From positions 303 through 64,302 of the forward strand of contig DATENA010000068.1 in assembly GCA_035275285.1 (NCBI GenBank): DNA of 64,000 bases. Direction: 5' to 3'. This DNA comes from Fibrobacteria bacterium (GTDB taxonomy: Bacteria; Fibrobacterota; Fibrobacteria; UBA11236). The notes under the pieces were generated by a model. The model saw only the letters and a list, made by a program, of their open reading frames with translations, made no database searches and was not told the DNA's origin. Positions 7,682 through 17,469 of this stretch are shown here, piece after piece; the stretch's first letter is position 1, and each line of letters begins with the position of its first letter. A program made the translations under genes and the position numbers.

Positions 7682-10600
7682 CCGAACCCCGGGACGGCTA
7701 CAAGGTGTTCGATACCGTGCGGGACGGAAGGTCGACCCTGCTGGTCCGTTGCGTGCGCGTGCGCGACAACCGGCGGGTGATGCTGCGGATCCCCAAACCC
7801 GACCACCCGGGCGGCGAAGGGCTGCGCGGCCTCCGCAATGAGTTCGAGATCACCCAGGGCCTGGACGTCCCCGGCGTCCTCAGGGCCATGGAGATCGATC
7901 GCAACGGCCGGATGCCGGCGCTGGTGCTGGAGGATTTCGACGGGATGACCGCGCGCCAATCCCTGGGCAACCGCGCCATGGAAACGGAGAGCTTCCTGCG
8001 CTTCGCTTTGCAGTTGACGGAGATCCTGGCGGGCGTGCACTCCCAGGGCGTGGTCCACGGGGGATTGAACCCGTCCTGCATCCTCCTGTCCCGGAGCGAC
8101 GGCACGGTGAGGTTGACCGGGTTCGATCAGGCGTTCGGACCGGTGCCGAGGCAGGCTTCGATCACCTGGGACGGGGAACCGGGGGACAACCTGGCCTACA
8201 TCTCCCCGGAACAGACCGGCCGGTTCGAGGGCCTGGTGGATCACCGCACGGATCTCTACTCCCTGGGCATCCTCTGGTATGAAATGCTGGTGGGCATGGC
8301 TCCCGTCCAGAGCGAGGACGAGGGCGAAATCGTGGCCTTCCACCTGGCCCTGGAGGCCGTGCCGCCCTGCGAGCGGAACCCCGCCGTGCCCAGGATCCTT
8401 TCGGATATCGTGATGAAGCTCATTTCAAAGTCCGCCGACCAGCGCTACGCCAGCGCCCGCACCCTCAAGGCCGATCTGGAGCGGTGCCTGTGGGGCCTGG
8501 AGAATTTCCGGACCATCGAGCCGTTCCCGCTGGGCCAGGGGGATCTGCCCGAACGCTTCCCCTATCCGCAAAAGCTTTACGGACGCGAGCAGGAGATCCG
8601 CAGGCTGGTGCAGGGCTTCCAGCGTTCCCTGGACGGCGGCCGGGAACTGATCCTGATCTCGGGACCGGCCGGAGCGGGGAAGTCCTCCCTGGTCCAGGAG
8701 CTCCGGTTCCACGTGGGCAGCAAAGGCGGCTATTTCTCGGCGGGCAAATCGGACCCGCTCTCGCGGGAACTCCCCTATAGCGCCGTCACCCAGGCCTTCC
8801 GGGGCCTCATCCAGCAGATCCTGACCGAGAGCGAGGAGCGCCTGGCCGGTTGGCGCAACGATCTGCGGGAAACCCTGGGCGCTTCCGCCCGCATGCTGGC
8901 CGACGTGGTGCCCGAACTGGACCTGCTGATCGGGAAGCCCCCCGGCATGGCCGGCCCGGGACCGGCCGAGGCCCAGGGCCGGATGCATTTCACCTTCCTG
9001 GCCTTCTTCTCCGTATTCGCCAAGCGGGGATACCCTTTGGTCCTGTTCCTGGACGACCTGCATTGGTCCGACGTGGCGTCCCTGGACCTGATCAAGGCCA
9101 TCTTCTCCATCGATTCGGATTCCCGGCCCATGGTCATCGGCGCGTACCGGGAGAACGAGGTGGGCCAGGGGCACGCCTTGTCGGCCATGATCCGGGATCT
9201 CCGGAAAAAAAAGGTGCCCATCTCCACCATCCCGGTCCACCCGCTCCCGGTCGGATCCCTCAACCGATACCTGGCGGACCTGTTCCGGTGCCGGCCGGAA
9301 CACAGCCTGGACCTGGCCATGGCCGTGCACGGGAAAACCGACGGCAATCCTTTTTTCGTGATCGAATTCCTGAAGGCGATCCAGGGAGAAGGCCTCCTCA
9401 TCGCCCCTTCCGGTCCCGCCGGACGGGAAGACTTTCCCATCCGGCGGGACCGATGGCATTGGAATCTGCAAGGCATCCGGAAAATGCGCATCACGGAGAA
9501 CGTGATCGATCTGATCGTCAACCGGCTGCGGGCCCTGTCCCCGGAAACGCAGCGTTCCCTGGCGCTGTGCGCCTGCCTGGGAGGGAGGTTCGACCTGGAG
9601 GACCTGGTCCTGCTCGACGACAGGCCGGAGGCGGTGGTCTTCGCCGGCCTCGCCAAGCCCGTGGAAGAAGGCTGGCTGGTCCCCGAATCGGAGACGGGCT
9701 TCGCGTTCCAGCACGATCGCATCCGGCAATCCGCCTATGCCTTGCTCTCGCCCGCGGAGAAGGCGGCGACCCATCTCCGCATCGGCAGGGCCCAATTGGA
9801 TCAGGCGCGCCCGGAGGCCCTCGACGATTCCGTGTTCGAAATCGCCGGGCACCTCAACCGGGGCTGGACCGCGGGAGCGACGGAAGCCGAACGGCGCCTC
9901 TATGCGGACATCAACCTGCGCGCCGCCCGCAAAGCCGTGGCCGCGGCCGCCTTTTCGGAGGCATTGGTCTACTTCGGGGCCGCCATCGACTTGCTGGGCC
10001 CGGGGAAAAACGCGGCCGGGATGGCCTACCCCTTGTTCCTGGGAAAAGGGGAATGCGAATACCTCAACGCGGATTTCGCGGTGGCCAGGGCCAGCTTCGC
10101 CAAGGCCATGGAGGTGGCCGAGACGCCGCTGGAAAAGGCGTCGGTGTTCGCCGCCCGGGCCCGCATGAGCGAGCACGCTCTCGACCATGCCGCCACGCTC
10201 GAGGACGGCATCCGGGGGCTGCGCATGCTGGGCATAAGCATGCCCGCCTCGCCCGGCAAGGCCCGGCTGGCGTTGGAACTGCTGCGCGTCCTGGCGGCCA
10301 AGGGCCTGCGCGGACCCGCGGAACTGGCCCGCATCCCCGATCGCTGGACGCCGGAGGCGGCGGCCGGCATGGGCCTGCTGACCAACCTCTGGTCCATGGC
10401 CTTCCTGACCGCGAACACATCGCTGCAAGGGATGGTGGTGCTGAAGATGCTGCTGGGAAGCCTGCGTTACGGGAACTCGGACGTTTCCGCGGTGGCGTAC
10501 GCCTGCTACGGCGTGCTCCTCTTCTCCGTATTCAGGAGGGCCGGGGTCGGGGAATCCTACTGCCGCATGGCCATGAGGCTCGCGGAAAGGTATCCCAACC

Positions 10601-12678
10601 CTTCCGCCAAGGGCAAGGTCTACTTCATCTACGCCTCTTTCTTCAGCCCTTACAACCATTCCCATCAGCGGACCCTGGAATACCTCCGGGAAGCCTTCCG
10701 CCATTGCATGGAGGGCGGGGACCCCGTCTATGCCGGATACTGCAACGACGTGGTGCTCTACATCATGCCGTTCTCCAGCTTCACCTTGGAAGACATCGAA
10801 GCGGAGGCGGACCGGATCGCCGGTTTCGCCTCGGGCACCGAGAACAAAGGCAACGCGGAAACCCTCCTGGTGGCGCGCAGATGGATGGACCTGTTGCGCA
10901 GCGATGCGTCCACCTGCCTCGCCCGCCTGGAGGAAGGGCGGACGTTCGAAGATCAACTTACGGATCCGATGGAAAAAGGCTATTTCCAGATGCTGGAGAT
11001 CCAGATGCTGGTGCTCTTCCGGCGCTACGGCGAGGCGCTTCGCGTCTCGGAGCGGCTGCGCGGGTGCCCCATCATCGATCCCGCGGGAGGTTTCCGGCCC
11101 TTCTATTGTTTCCACCGCGTGCTCATCCTGTCCGCCCTCCACGACGTGCTGCCGCGGAAGGAAAGGGGAAAGCGGCGCCGGGAGATGATCGGCCACCGGG
11201 ACCGGCTGGGAAGCTGGGCGCGGCGGAGCCTGGAGGGTTTCAGCCATATGCATGCCTTGGCCGAGGCGGAAATCCGCAAGCTCGACGGGGACATGGCCGG
11301 AGCGCAGGCGCAATATGCCCGTTCCCTGGCCTGCGCCCGCGCGCAAGGGTACCTGCAATTCGCCGCCCTGGCCGCGGAAATGGCGGGACGCCTGCATTCG
11401 GAATGCGGGGATCCGGCCAAGAGCAAGGAGTTCCTGCGCGATGCGTACCACGGCTATCTCGCCTGGGGGGCCCCGGCCAAGGCCCAGGAACTCGCGGCTT
11501 CCCATCCCGGCGTGGTGAACGTAAAACCGTTCCGCGTCCCGGCGGATCCGCCCGATCGGGACGGCAACGGGAGCGCGCTCGCGTCCTGGCTCCGGCCCCT
11601 GGACCTGAAAGCGATCCTGAAAGCCTGCCAGGCCATGTCCGGCGAGCTGGCCATGAGCAAGCTTCCCCGGAAACTGCTGCGCATCATCCTGGAAAACGCG
11701 GGCGCGCAAAGGGGCGCCCTTCTCCTGGAGAAGAAGGGCCGCCTGATGGTGGAGGCGCTGGAGAGCCTGGACCAGGAGGGGTCCGAACCTTTCCAAGCGG
11801 TACCGGTGGAGGAGTGCGGGGAATTGTCCGCGGCCATCGTGCACTACGCGGCCAGGACCGCCAAACCCGTGATCCTGGCCGATGCTTCCCGGGAAGGGAT
11901 CTTCACCGGCGACGGGTACGTGCAGGCGCGCAAGCCCAAGTCCGTCCTGTGCATGCCGCTGATGAACCAGGGGAAGACGGGGGGCATGCTGTACCTGGAG
12001 AACAACCGCATCGCGGACGCCTTCACGCCCGACAGGCTGGAAGTGATGGAAGTACTGTGCGGCCAGGCCGTGGTCTCGCTCGCGAACGCGGGTTTCCACG
12101 CCATGCAGATGGAGCTGCTGCAGGGGAAGATCAAACCGCATTTCCTGTTCAACGCCCTCAATTCCATCGCCCATCTGACCAAGCTCGATCCGGGCAACGC
12201 CGAGGAAGCCATCCTGCAGCTCTCCCACCTCTACCGGTACATCCTGGCCGCCTCGGAAAACAAAATGGTGAAGCTCAGCCAGGAATTGGAAATCATCAAG
12301 GCCTACCTCTTCATAGAGAAAATGCGCTTCCAGGACAAGCTTGAATTCTCCATCGTCACGGAAGGCGACATCGACAGCGTCACCATCCCGGGCCTCATCA
12401 TCCAGCCCCTGGTCGAGAACAGCATCCGGCACGGCGTCTCCCCGAAAATCGGCGGGGGCAAGGTGACGGTCCGCGCCGAGATCGGGGACTCGATCTGCCG
12501 CATCACGGTGGAGGACGACGGCGTGGGCTGGGGCAAATCCCATCCGGGGGGCGCGGGCTACGGCCTCAAGAGCATCCAGGAGCGGCTGCACCTGGTCTTC
12601 GGCAACGAATATTCCTTCGGCATCCGGCGGGAGGGCGGCGTCCTGGTGGAGTTCTCCTTTCCGGTGGCCAGGCCCTGA
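7678..12678 (+). CDS. Hybrid sensor: Ser/Thr kinase-like + AAA ATPase + helical region + GAF + LytS-type His kinase/HATPase (1666 aa)
   Basis: ATGA overlap with the upstream stop. Kinase fold with YISPEQTGR and DLYSLG; Walker A GPAGAGKS; Walker B LFLDDLHW; GAF (SVLCMPL...LYLEN); H-box KPHFLFNALNSI; QPLVENSIRHG; GYGLKSIQERL. Confidence 0.92.
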   Translation: MTEPRDGYKVFDTVRDGRSTLLVRCVRVRDNRRVMLRIPKPDHPGGEGLRGLRNEFEITQGLDVPGVLRAMEIDRNGRMPALVLEDFDGMTARQSLGNRAMETESFLRFALQLTEILAGVHSQGVVHGGLNPSCILLSRSDGTVRLTGFDQAFGPVPRQASITWDGEPGDNLAYISPEQTGRFEGLVDHRTDLYSLGILWYEMLVGMAPVQSEDEGEIVAFHLALEAVPPCERNPAVPRILSDIVMKLISKSADQRYASARTLKADLERCLWGLENFRTIEPFPLGQGDLPERFPYPQKLYGREQEIRRLVQGFQRSLDGGRELILISGPAGAGKSSLVQELRFHVGSKGGYFSAGKSDPLSRELPYSAVTQAFRGLIQQILTESEERLAGWRNDLRETLGASARMLADVVPELDLLIGKPPGMAGPGPAEAQGRMHFTFLAFFSVFAKRGYPLVLFLDDLHWSDVASLDLIKAIFSIDSDSRPMVIGAYRENEVGQGHALSAMIRDLRKKKVPISTIPVHPLPVGSLNRYLADLFRCRPEHSLDLAMAVHGKTDGNPFFVIEFLKAIQGEGLLIAPSGPAGREDFPIRRDRWHWNLQGIRKMRITENVIDLIVNRLRALSPETQRSLALCACLGGRFDLEDLVLLDDRPEAVVFAGLAKPVEEGWLVPESETGFAFQHDRIRQSAYALLSPAEKAATHLRIGRAQLDQARPEALDDSVFEIAGHLNRGWTAGATEAERRLYADINLRAARKAVAAAAFSEALVYFGAAIDLLGPGKNAAGMAYPLFLGKGECEYLNADFAVARASFAKAMEVAETPLEKASVFAARARMSEHALDHAATLEDGIRGLRMLGISMPASPGKARLALELLRVLAAKGLRGPAELARIPDRWTPEAAAGMGLLTNLWSMAFLTANTSLQGMVVLKMLLGSLRYGNSDVSAVAYACYGVLLFSVFRRAGVGESYCRMAMRLAERYPNPSAKGKVYFIYASFFSPYNHSHQRTLEYLREAFRHCMEGGDPVYAGYCNDVVLYIMPFSSFTLEDIEAEADRIAGFASGTENKGNAETLLVARRWMDLLRSDASTCLARLEEGRTFEDQLTDPMEKGYFQMLEIQMLVLFRRYGEALRVSERLRGCPIIDPAGGFRPFYCFHRVLILSALHDVLPRKERGKRRREMIGHRDRLGSWARRSLEGFSHMHALAEAEIRKLDGDMAGAQAQYARSLACARAQGYLQFAALAAEMAGRLHSECGDPAKSKEFLRDAYHGYLAWGAPAKAQELAASHPGVVNVKPFRVPADPPDRDGNGSALASWLRPLDLKAILKACQAMSGELAMSKLPRKLLRIILENAGAQRGALLLEKKGRLMVEALESLDQEGSEPFQAVPVEECGELSAAIVHYAARTAKPVILADASREGIFTGDGYVQARKPKSVLCMPLMNQGKTGGMLYLENNRIADAFTPDRLEVMEVLCGQAVVSLANAGFHAMQMELLQGKIKPHFLFNALNSIAHLTKLDPGNAEEAILQLSHLYRYILAASENKMVKLSQELEIIKAYLFIEKMRFQDKLEFSIVTEGDIDSVTIPGLIIQPLVENSIRHGVSPKIGGGKVTVRAEIGDSICRITVEDDGVGWGKSHPGGAGYGLKSIQERLHLVFGNEYSFGIRREGGVLVEFSFPVARP

Positions 12679-13457
12679 TGGTCTACCGCACCTTGATCGT
12701 CGAAGACGAGAAGAACGCCCGGGACCGGCTGCGCAGCCTCCTGAAAGGATGGGAAGAGCTGATTGAAGTGATCGGGGAAGCGGAGAACGGGCCCGAAGCC
12801 ATCCGCAAAATCAAGGAGATGGACCCGGACCTGATCTTCCTGGACATCAAGATGCCGGGCATGGACGGGTTCGACGTCATCCAGAACCTCGAAAAGCAGC
12901 CCATCATCATCTTCACCACCGCTTACGATGAGCACGCCCTGGAAGCCTTCTCCACCAACGCCATCGGCTATCTGCTCAAGCCCGTGAGCCACGAGGACAT
13001 CGGCAGGACGTTCAAGAAGCTGATGAACCTGGAAAAGCAGGTGTCGGAAAAGAGCCACCGGGGCGACCGGGACAAGCGCAGCGACGAGACCGTCCTGTCC
13101 CTGGTCCGGGAACTGCTCGTGCCCCAGTACCAGAACATCATCTCCTGCAAGGTAGGGGACAAGCTCCAGTTCATCAAGACCCCGGAGATCCTCTATTTCA
13201 AATCCGACAACCGCTCCACCTTCCTGTTCACCAGCACGGGCAAGAAATTCATCGTGGACGCGCCCTTGATCGAAATGGAGAAACGGGTCAACCCCAAGGA
13301 ATTCATCCGCATCCGCCGGGGGACCATCGTGAACCTCGCCTGGATATCCGAGATCCGCAGGACGTACAACGGAAGGCTCAAGGTCATCCTGATGGACAAG
13401 CAAGGGACCGAGCTGGAAGTCAGCCGGGGATACGTGGACGCGCTCAAGGCGTTCTAG
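12678..13457 (+). CDS. LytTR-family DNA-binding response regulator
   Basis: Receiver (IVEDE, IFLDIKMP, FTTAYD, YLLKP) plus LytTR domain (FIRIRRGTIVNL, EVSRGY). TGATG overlap with the kinase gene. Confidence 0.95.
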   Translation: MVYRTLIVEDEKNARDRLRSLLKGWEELIEVIGEAENGPEAIRKIKEMDPDLIFLDIKMPGMDGFDVIQNLEKQPIIIFTTAYDEHALEAFSTNAIGYLLKPVSHEDIGRTFKKLMNLEKQVSEKSHRGDRDKRSDETVLSLVRELLVPQYQNIISCKVGDKLQFIKTPEILYFKSDNRSTFLFTSTGKKFIVDAPLIEMEKRVNPKEFIRIRRGTIVNLAWISEIRRTYNGRLKVILMDKQGTELEVSRGYVDALKAF

Positions 13458-13484
13458 CCCGGGGCGTTCCGGAATCACCCCGGG
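13458..13484 (+). terminator. Possible terminator hairpin after the LytTR gene
   Basis: CCCGGGG...CCCCGGG inverted repeat immediately after the stop; no U tract. Boundaries approximate. Confidence 0.3.
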
Positions 13485-13725
13485 AGTGGATCTCTGCAGA
13501 ATTCCTCGCCCGCCCCCCTCCGGGCGCGCGCATTGCCGTTACCCTGGCCCACAGAGCATCCACCCCAGGTCCGCTTGGGTTTCTTGAGCCTTTGAAAAGC
13601 GGGAATCCGCGGTGGGAAAAACCCGCCGGCAGGTTCATTTTTCCTTTTCGGCCTGCTTTTTCCGGGCCATGAGGATATTTTGGAAAGGTATTCGCATCGA
13701 GGGTTCATCGGGGGGAAGCAGCGTC

Positions 13726-16700
13726 ATGAAAAGCGTCAAGCTGGGATTTTTCTTTTTGGTCATTTTGCTGGTCAAGCATGCGGCCGCGCAGCAGATCATT
13801 TTCAAGCCGCCGCGCCCCACCAACATCTGGAAAGCGGACACGCTGTACATCGGCGCCTCTTTTACGCGCAACTCCTTCGATCCGGTTTCCGTCTGGCTCA
13901 TCGGCAATCAAGCCGGCTGGGTGGGAAGCCTGTATTTCATCGTGCCCAAGACGAACGAAGAGGTCTTTCTCTTCACCAACAAGGGCACCACGAACGTGCG
14001 CAACGTCCTGAGCGACAAGTACGATATCCCCGTAGGCGATACCGTGTACTTCCTCTACAAGGTGACACAGCCCGCAAAGGACAATAACCCGAGCGAAGCC
14101 AGCCGCCTGCCCAAATACACGGGCCCCAACATCCCGGGCGAAAGCAAATTCGTCACCCAGCCCGCCAGCGCGGCCTACGGCCACCGCTGGTCCGTGGCCG
14201 GCCGCGTCAACGACAGCATCGTGCAATTCGGGTTCGAGGACAACGTCAACCCCGCGGGGGACACCCACCCTTCGGACATGGACTTCGACGACATCGTGTT
14301 CGGCACCACCCTGTCGCTGGCCAGCGAAGAAGTGCAGCCGCACATCTCCTTCACGGACAAGGCGGGGAACATCCTGGCCCCCGGAGCCTTCTATTCCCCC
14401 GAGAACGACACCATCTACGTCACCTACACGGATGACTATGTCCGGGCCAACCTGTCCAAGGACATCGTATTCAACGTCAGGAACCGCAACGACCTGGCCG
14501 CAGCGGACCTGGACACCTTCTCGGTGGTCTCCGTTTCCCATAACGGCGCCGTGGGTACTTGGAAGCTGAAGGTTCCCATCCAGGAGAAGCCGGGCATTCC
14601 GGGGGACAAGCTCCTGCAATCCTTCTTCCTGGGCGAGGTGACGGCCACCGTCAAGACCCACAACCGTTTAGGCGCGCCGGACAACAATTCCGTATCGGCC
14701 AACCTCAAGGTGGCCTATCCGGACAAACCCGAAACCGTTACGATCCTGAACTGCGCCGATTCGGCCGCGGACATCGTCCGCACCACCAACTGCATCCGGA
14801 TCAAGGCCGGGGACCAGAGCTTCACCCGCGGCCAGGACACCGTCTGGGCGGAAGTGAAATGCGACGGCTCCGGGGACATCATCGGCAAAGTGCCCTTGAT
14901 CGAACAGACCGGGGGCGGATACGTTTCCGGGAACATCGTGAAGAACGAGACCAATCCGCCGGTCAGCGATCAAATCCTCTCCTGCAAATCGAGCGACAAC
15001 GTCACGGTCACCTACGTGGACGAAGTGTACAACAACCGCGTCACGGACAAGAAGACCTTCAGCGGCAATGCCGCGGAAGGCTTCACCTACGTGGAAACCG
15101 CGGCCCCCGGCACCGTGATCACCCAGATCACGGACGGCGCCGCCCCCACCTTCACCGCCGTCGTCAAGGCGCCCACCCCCACCGTGGACGTGGTCGATCA
15201 GATCAACGTGGTGATGACCAGTTCCCAAGGGGACATCGAAACCTTCAAAGCCACGGAAACCGGGCCCAATACCGGCGTCTTCACCGTGGACATCCCCTAT
15301 GGGTTCCAGACCATCCCGGTCGTTTCCGGTTCCGGCAAGGTCGACGGGTTCCTGGATCCCACCCAGACCGTCACAGGCGTGGCCGTGACGGGCGTGGCCA
15401 CCGTCAACAATAAGGAATACACGGCGGCCATCACCCTGAAGCCCGCTTTGAACGCGGTCAAGAATGCCTATATCAAGGACGTGGACGGCGACGGCCGCGG
15501 GGACAAGGTGTACATCGTGTTCAGCCGCCCCCTGGAAGCCTTGCCCGCCACCCTGACGCCCACCTATTGGAACGTCGGCGGGGATCCGAACTTCGACAAT
15601 GCCGCCCCTCCGGTCCTCTCCCTCCTGGACGGCGCGCTCAACACCCTGGTGGCGGATTTCTCCGCCGCTCCTTTCCCCAAGGGGGCCACCTCCATCCCGG
15701 CCACCGCCCAGAAGCCCTATGCCACGCTCCCCGGCGACCCCATCTTCGGCGGCCAGAAGCCCGTCATCGCGGACTCCATGGGACCCATCATCGTGGCGGC
15801 GGTCATCAAGCCTTTCAACAACCTCACGGTGGTGGCCGGCAGCACCGAGCTGAACGTGGACACCCTCCGGATCACCCTTTCCGAAAGCATCAAGACCCAG
15901 GGGGGCATGCAGGGCCTGCTCCGGTTCTCCAAGACCGTCAACGGCGCATGCACGGATTACGCCCATTCCGTGCCCGTGGTCCCCAATGCGGAACCCACCA
16001 TCAACCCCGACGGTTCCTACACCTTCCTGATCGCCGCCGGCAAGGGCCCTTCGCCCCTGGCCGGGGATTGCGTGTACGTCAATGTGAACGGAACCTATAC
16101 GGATCTGTTCGGCAACCTCCCTCCCGAGCACGGCGAACCCATCCAGGGTCCCAAGCCGGCCCGGGAGATCGAGCTGTTCCGCGGTTATCCTCCCGTCGCC
16201 GGCATGAATCCCAGTTCGCCCGGGTTCGTGGTGGTCAACAACGATCCCCAGTCCGATCTCGGCAGCGAATATTCCACCAAGTCGGGCGCGGGATACCAGA
16301 CCAAATGGGTCCCTCCGGCGGACTTCCCCACCGGCGCGTACGATGCGGTGAAGAACCCCTACGTTCCCGTGATTCCCGGAGCGATTACGGCCCCGGTGGA
16401 GCCGGGCAAGGATGCCGGGACTTTCTCCGTCATGCCTCCGGGCATCAGCACGGTCCAGGTCATTTCCACGGGCGAATACATCGCCGACGTGGCCATCTTC
16501 GACAACCTGGGGAATTTCGTCAAGAGCTTCAAGCAAGCCTTCGGATACCGCGGGGAGCTGAACAACCAGGAACGCGCCGCCAAGCGCGGCCTGGTCAGCT
16601 ACCTGGTCTGGGATCTGCGGAACAACAGTGGCCAGAAGGCCGGGCAGGGTGTCTACGTATGGAAGGTGGTGTTCCGCTTCAAGGCAGGCAAGCAGGAAAT

Positions 16701-16734
16701 CCGCTACACCCGTACGGGCGTCATGAGAAACTAG
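13726..16734 (+). CDS. Large secreted Fibrobacterota-type protein with DUF4114-like motif and T9SS/FlgD-like C-terminal domain
   Basis: Sec signal (MKSVKLGFFFLVILLVKHAAA), GFEDN...DMDFDDIVF, AYIKDVDGDGRGD, C-terminal IFDNLGNFV...WDLRNNSGQKAGQGVYVWKV. Confidence 0.8.
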   Translation: MKSVKLGFFFLVILLVKHAAAQQIIFKPPRPTNIWKADTLYIGASFTRNSFDPVSVWLIGNQAGWVGSLYFIVPKTNEEVFLFTNKGTTNVRNVLSDKYDIPVGDTVYFLYKVTQPAKDNNPSEASRLPKYTGPNIPGESKFVTQPASAAYGHRWSVAGRVNDSIVQFGFEDNVNPAGDTHPSDMDFDDIVFGTTLSLASEEVQPHISFTDKAGNILAPGAFYSPENDTIYVTYTDDYVRANLSKDIVFNVRNRNDLAAADLDTFSVVSVSHNGAVGTWKLKVPIQEKPGIPGDKLLQSFFLGEVTATVKTHNRLGAPDNNSVSANLKVAYPDKPETVTILNCADSAADIVRTTNCIRIKAGDQSFTRGQDTVWAEVKCDGSGDIIGKVPLIEQTGGGYVSGNIVKNETNPPVSDQILSCKSSDNVTVTYVDEVYNNRVTDKKTFSGNAAEGFTYVETAAPGTVITQITDGAAPTFTAVVKAPTPTVDVVDQINVVMTSSQGDIETFKATETGPNTGVFTVDIPYGFQTIPVVSGSGKVDGFLDPTQTVTGVAVTGVATVNNKEYTAAITLKPALNAVKNAYIKDVDGDGRGDKVYIVFSRPLEALPATLTPTYWNVGGDPNFDNAAPPVLSLLDGALNTLVADFSAAPFPKGATSIPATAQKPYATLPGDPIFGGQKPVIADSMGPIIVAAVIKPFNNLTVVAGSTELNVDTLRITLSESIKTQGGMQGLLRFSKTVNGACTDYAHSVPVVPNAEPTINPDGSYTFLIAAGKGPSPLAGDCVYVNVNGTYTDLFGNLPPEHGEPIQGPKPAREIELFRGYPPVAGMNPSSPGFVVVNNDPQSDLGSEYSTKSGAGYQTKWVPPADFPTGAYDAVKNPYVPVIPGAITAPVEPGKDAGTFSVMPPGISTVQVISTGEYIADVAIFDNLGNFVKSFKQAFGYRGELNNQERAAKRGLVSYLVWDLRNNSGQKAGQGVYVWKVVFRFKAGKQEIRYTRTGVMRN

Positions 16735-16744
16735 GCCGCCGGCC

Positions 16745-17371
16745 TCATCTCTCCGCAGGCGGTTCCACCACTTCGGAAATGCCTTCGAGGAACTCCGCTT
16801 TCAGATAGCGTACCCGGTCACCCAGTTCGTTCACTTCCGATTGCAAACGCTTCCAATCGAGAATGCGCACGGTCTCCCCCAGGGGTCTCTTCAGCAGGCG
16901 GTACACCGGCCGGTTGATTTCCGCCAGCAGGCCCGCCTTCAGCCCGGGCAGGGAGACCACGTACAGGGCCGCTTTGAGTTTGGGATGCAGGGCCAGCAGG
17001 TCCGCCAGCCGGCGCAGGCCTTCCCACCAGCCGGTCCCGGTCTCCATCACGAAGGCAGCCACCGGCTCGCCCCCGTGCATCCACACCACGTCCAGGCCCT
17101 CCAGGGCCTTGCCCACGGCGGCATCGGGGAAGGCCGGCGCCGCTTCCGCGGCGGCGCCCGTTTCCGGGAACGCATCCTCCCGGGGAGCGAGCAGGGTCAT
17201 TCCCAGGTTACCCCCCAGGGCCCCCAGCAGTTCCCGGGCCCCGTCCCGGTCGAAGGCGGCTTCGCCGTCCGCGAGGCCGGAAGCCGGGCCGGCCTGGGGA
17301 ACGGAGACCAGGCCGAGCCTGGAAGACAGGATGAGATTCAGGGAGCCGGAGACGGGTGCGCGAGCGATCAT
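16745..17371 (-). CDS. Hypothetical protein with degenerate restriction-endonuclease-like (PD-(D/E)XK) C-terminal domain
   Basis: LDVVW...AFVMET...EGLRRLADLLALHP...EINRPVY resembles the IDVLW..AFEVE..SGLLRMADL pattern, recalled from memory. Confidence 0.55.
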   Translation of the reverse strand: MIARAPVSGSLNLILSSRLGLVSVPQAGPASGLADGEAAFDRDGARELLGALGGNLGMTLLAPREDAFPETGAAAEAAPAFPDAAVGKALEGLDVVWMHGGEPVAAFVMETGTGWWEGLRRLADLLALHPKLKAALYVVSLPGLKAGLLAEINRPVYRLLKRPLGETVRILDWKRLQSEVNELGDRVRYLKAEFLEGISEVVEPPAER

Positions 17372-17407
17372 GGAAGGTTCCTTTCCAGGGATGAAGGGTC
17401 GCTCTCA

Positions 17408-17436
17408 AGTATAATGCCCAAATGTGCAGTATGCAA
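17408..17436 (-). promoter_or_regulatory. Sigma70-type promoter for the 16745-17371 gene
   Basis: Minus strand reads TTGCAT-N17-TATACT, about 37 nt upstream of the ATG. Confidence 0.45.
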
Positions 17437-17469
17437 GGGGCTTTTTCCGGGCTTATTTGTTTCCGTGGC

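Noticed and set aside
8425-12591. 1388-aa antisense ORF, plus the 1164-aa alternative-frame ORF 8850-12344
   Set aside because: Shadow ORFs of the high-GC kinase gene; no motifs, and Arg/Pro/Gly/Ala-rich composition.
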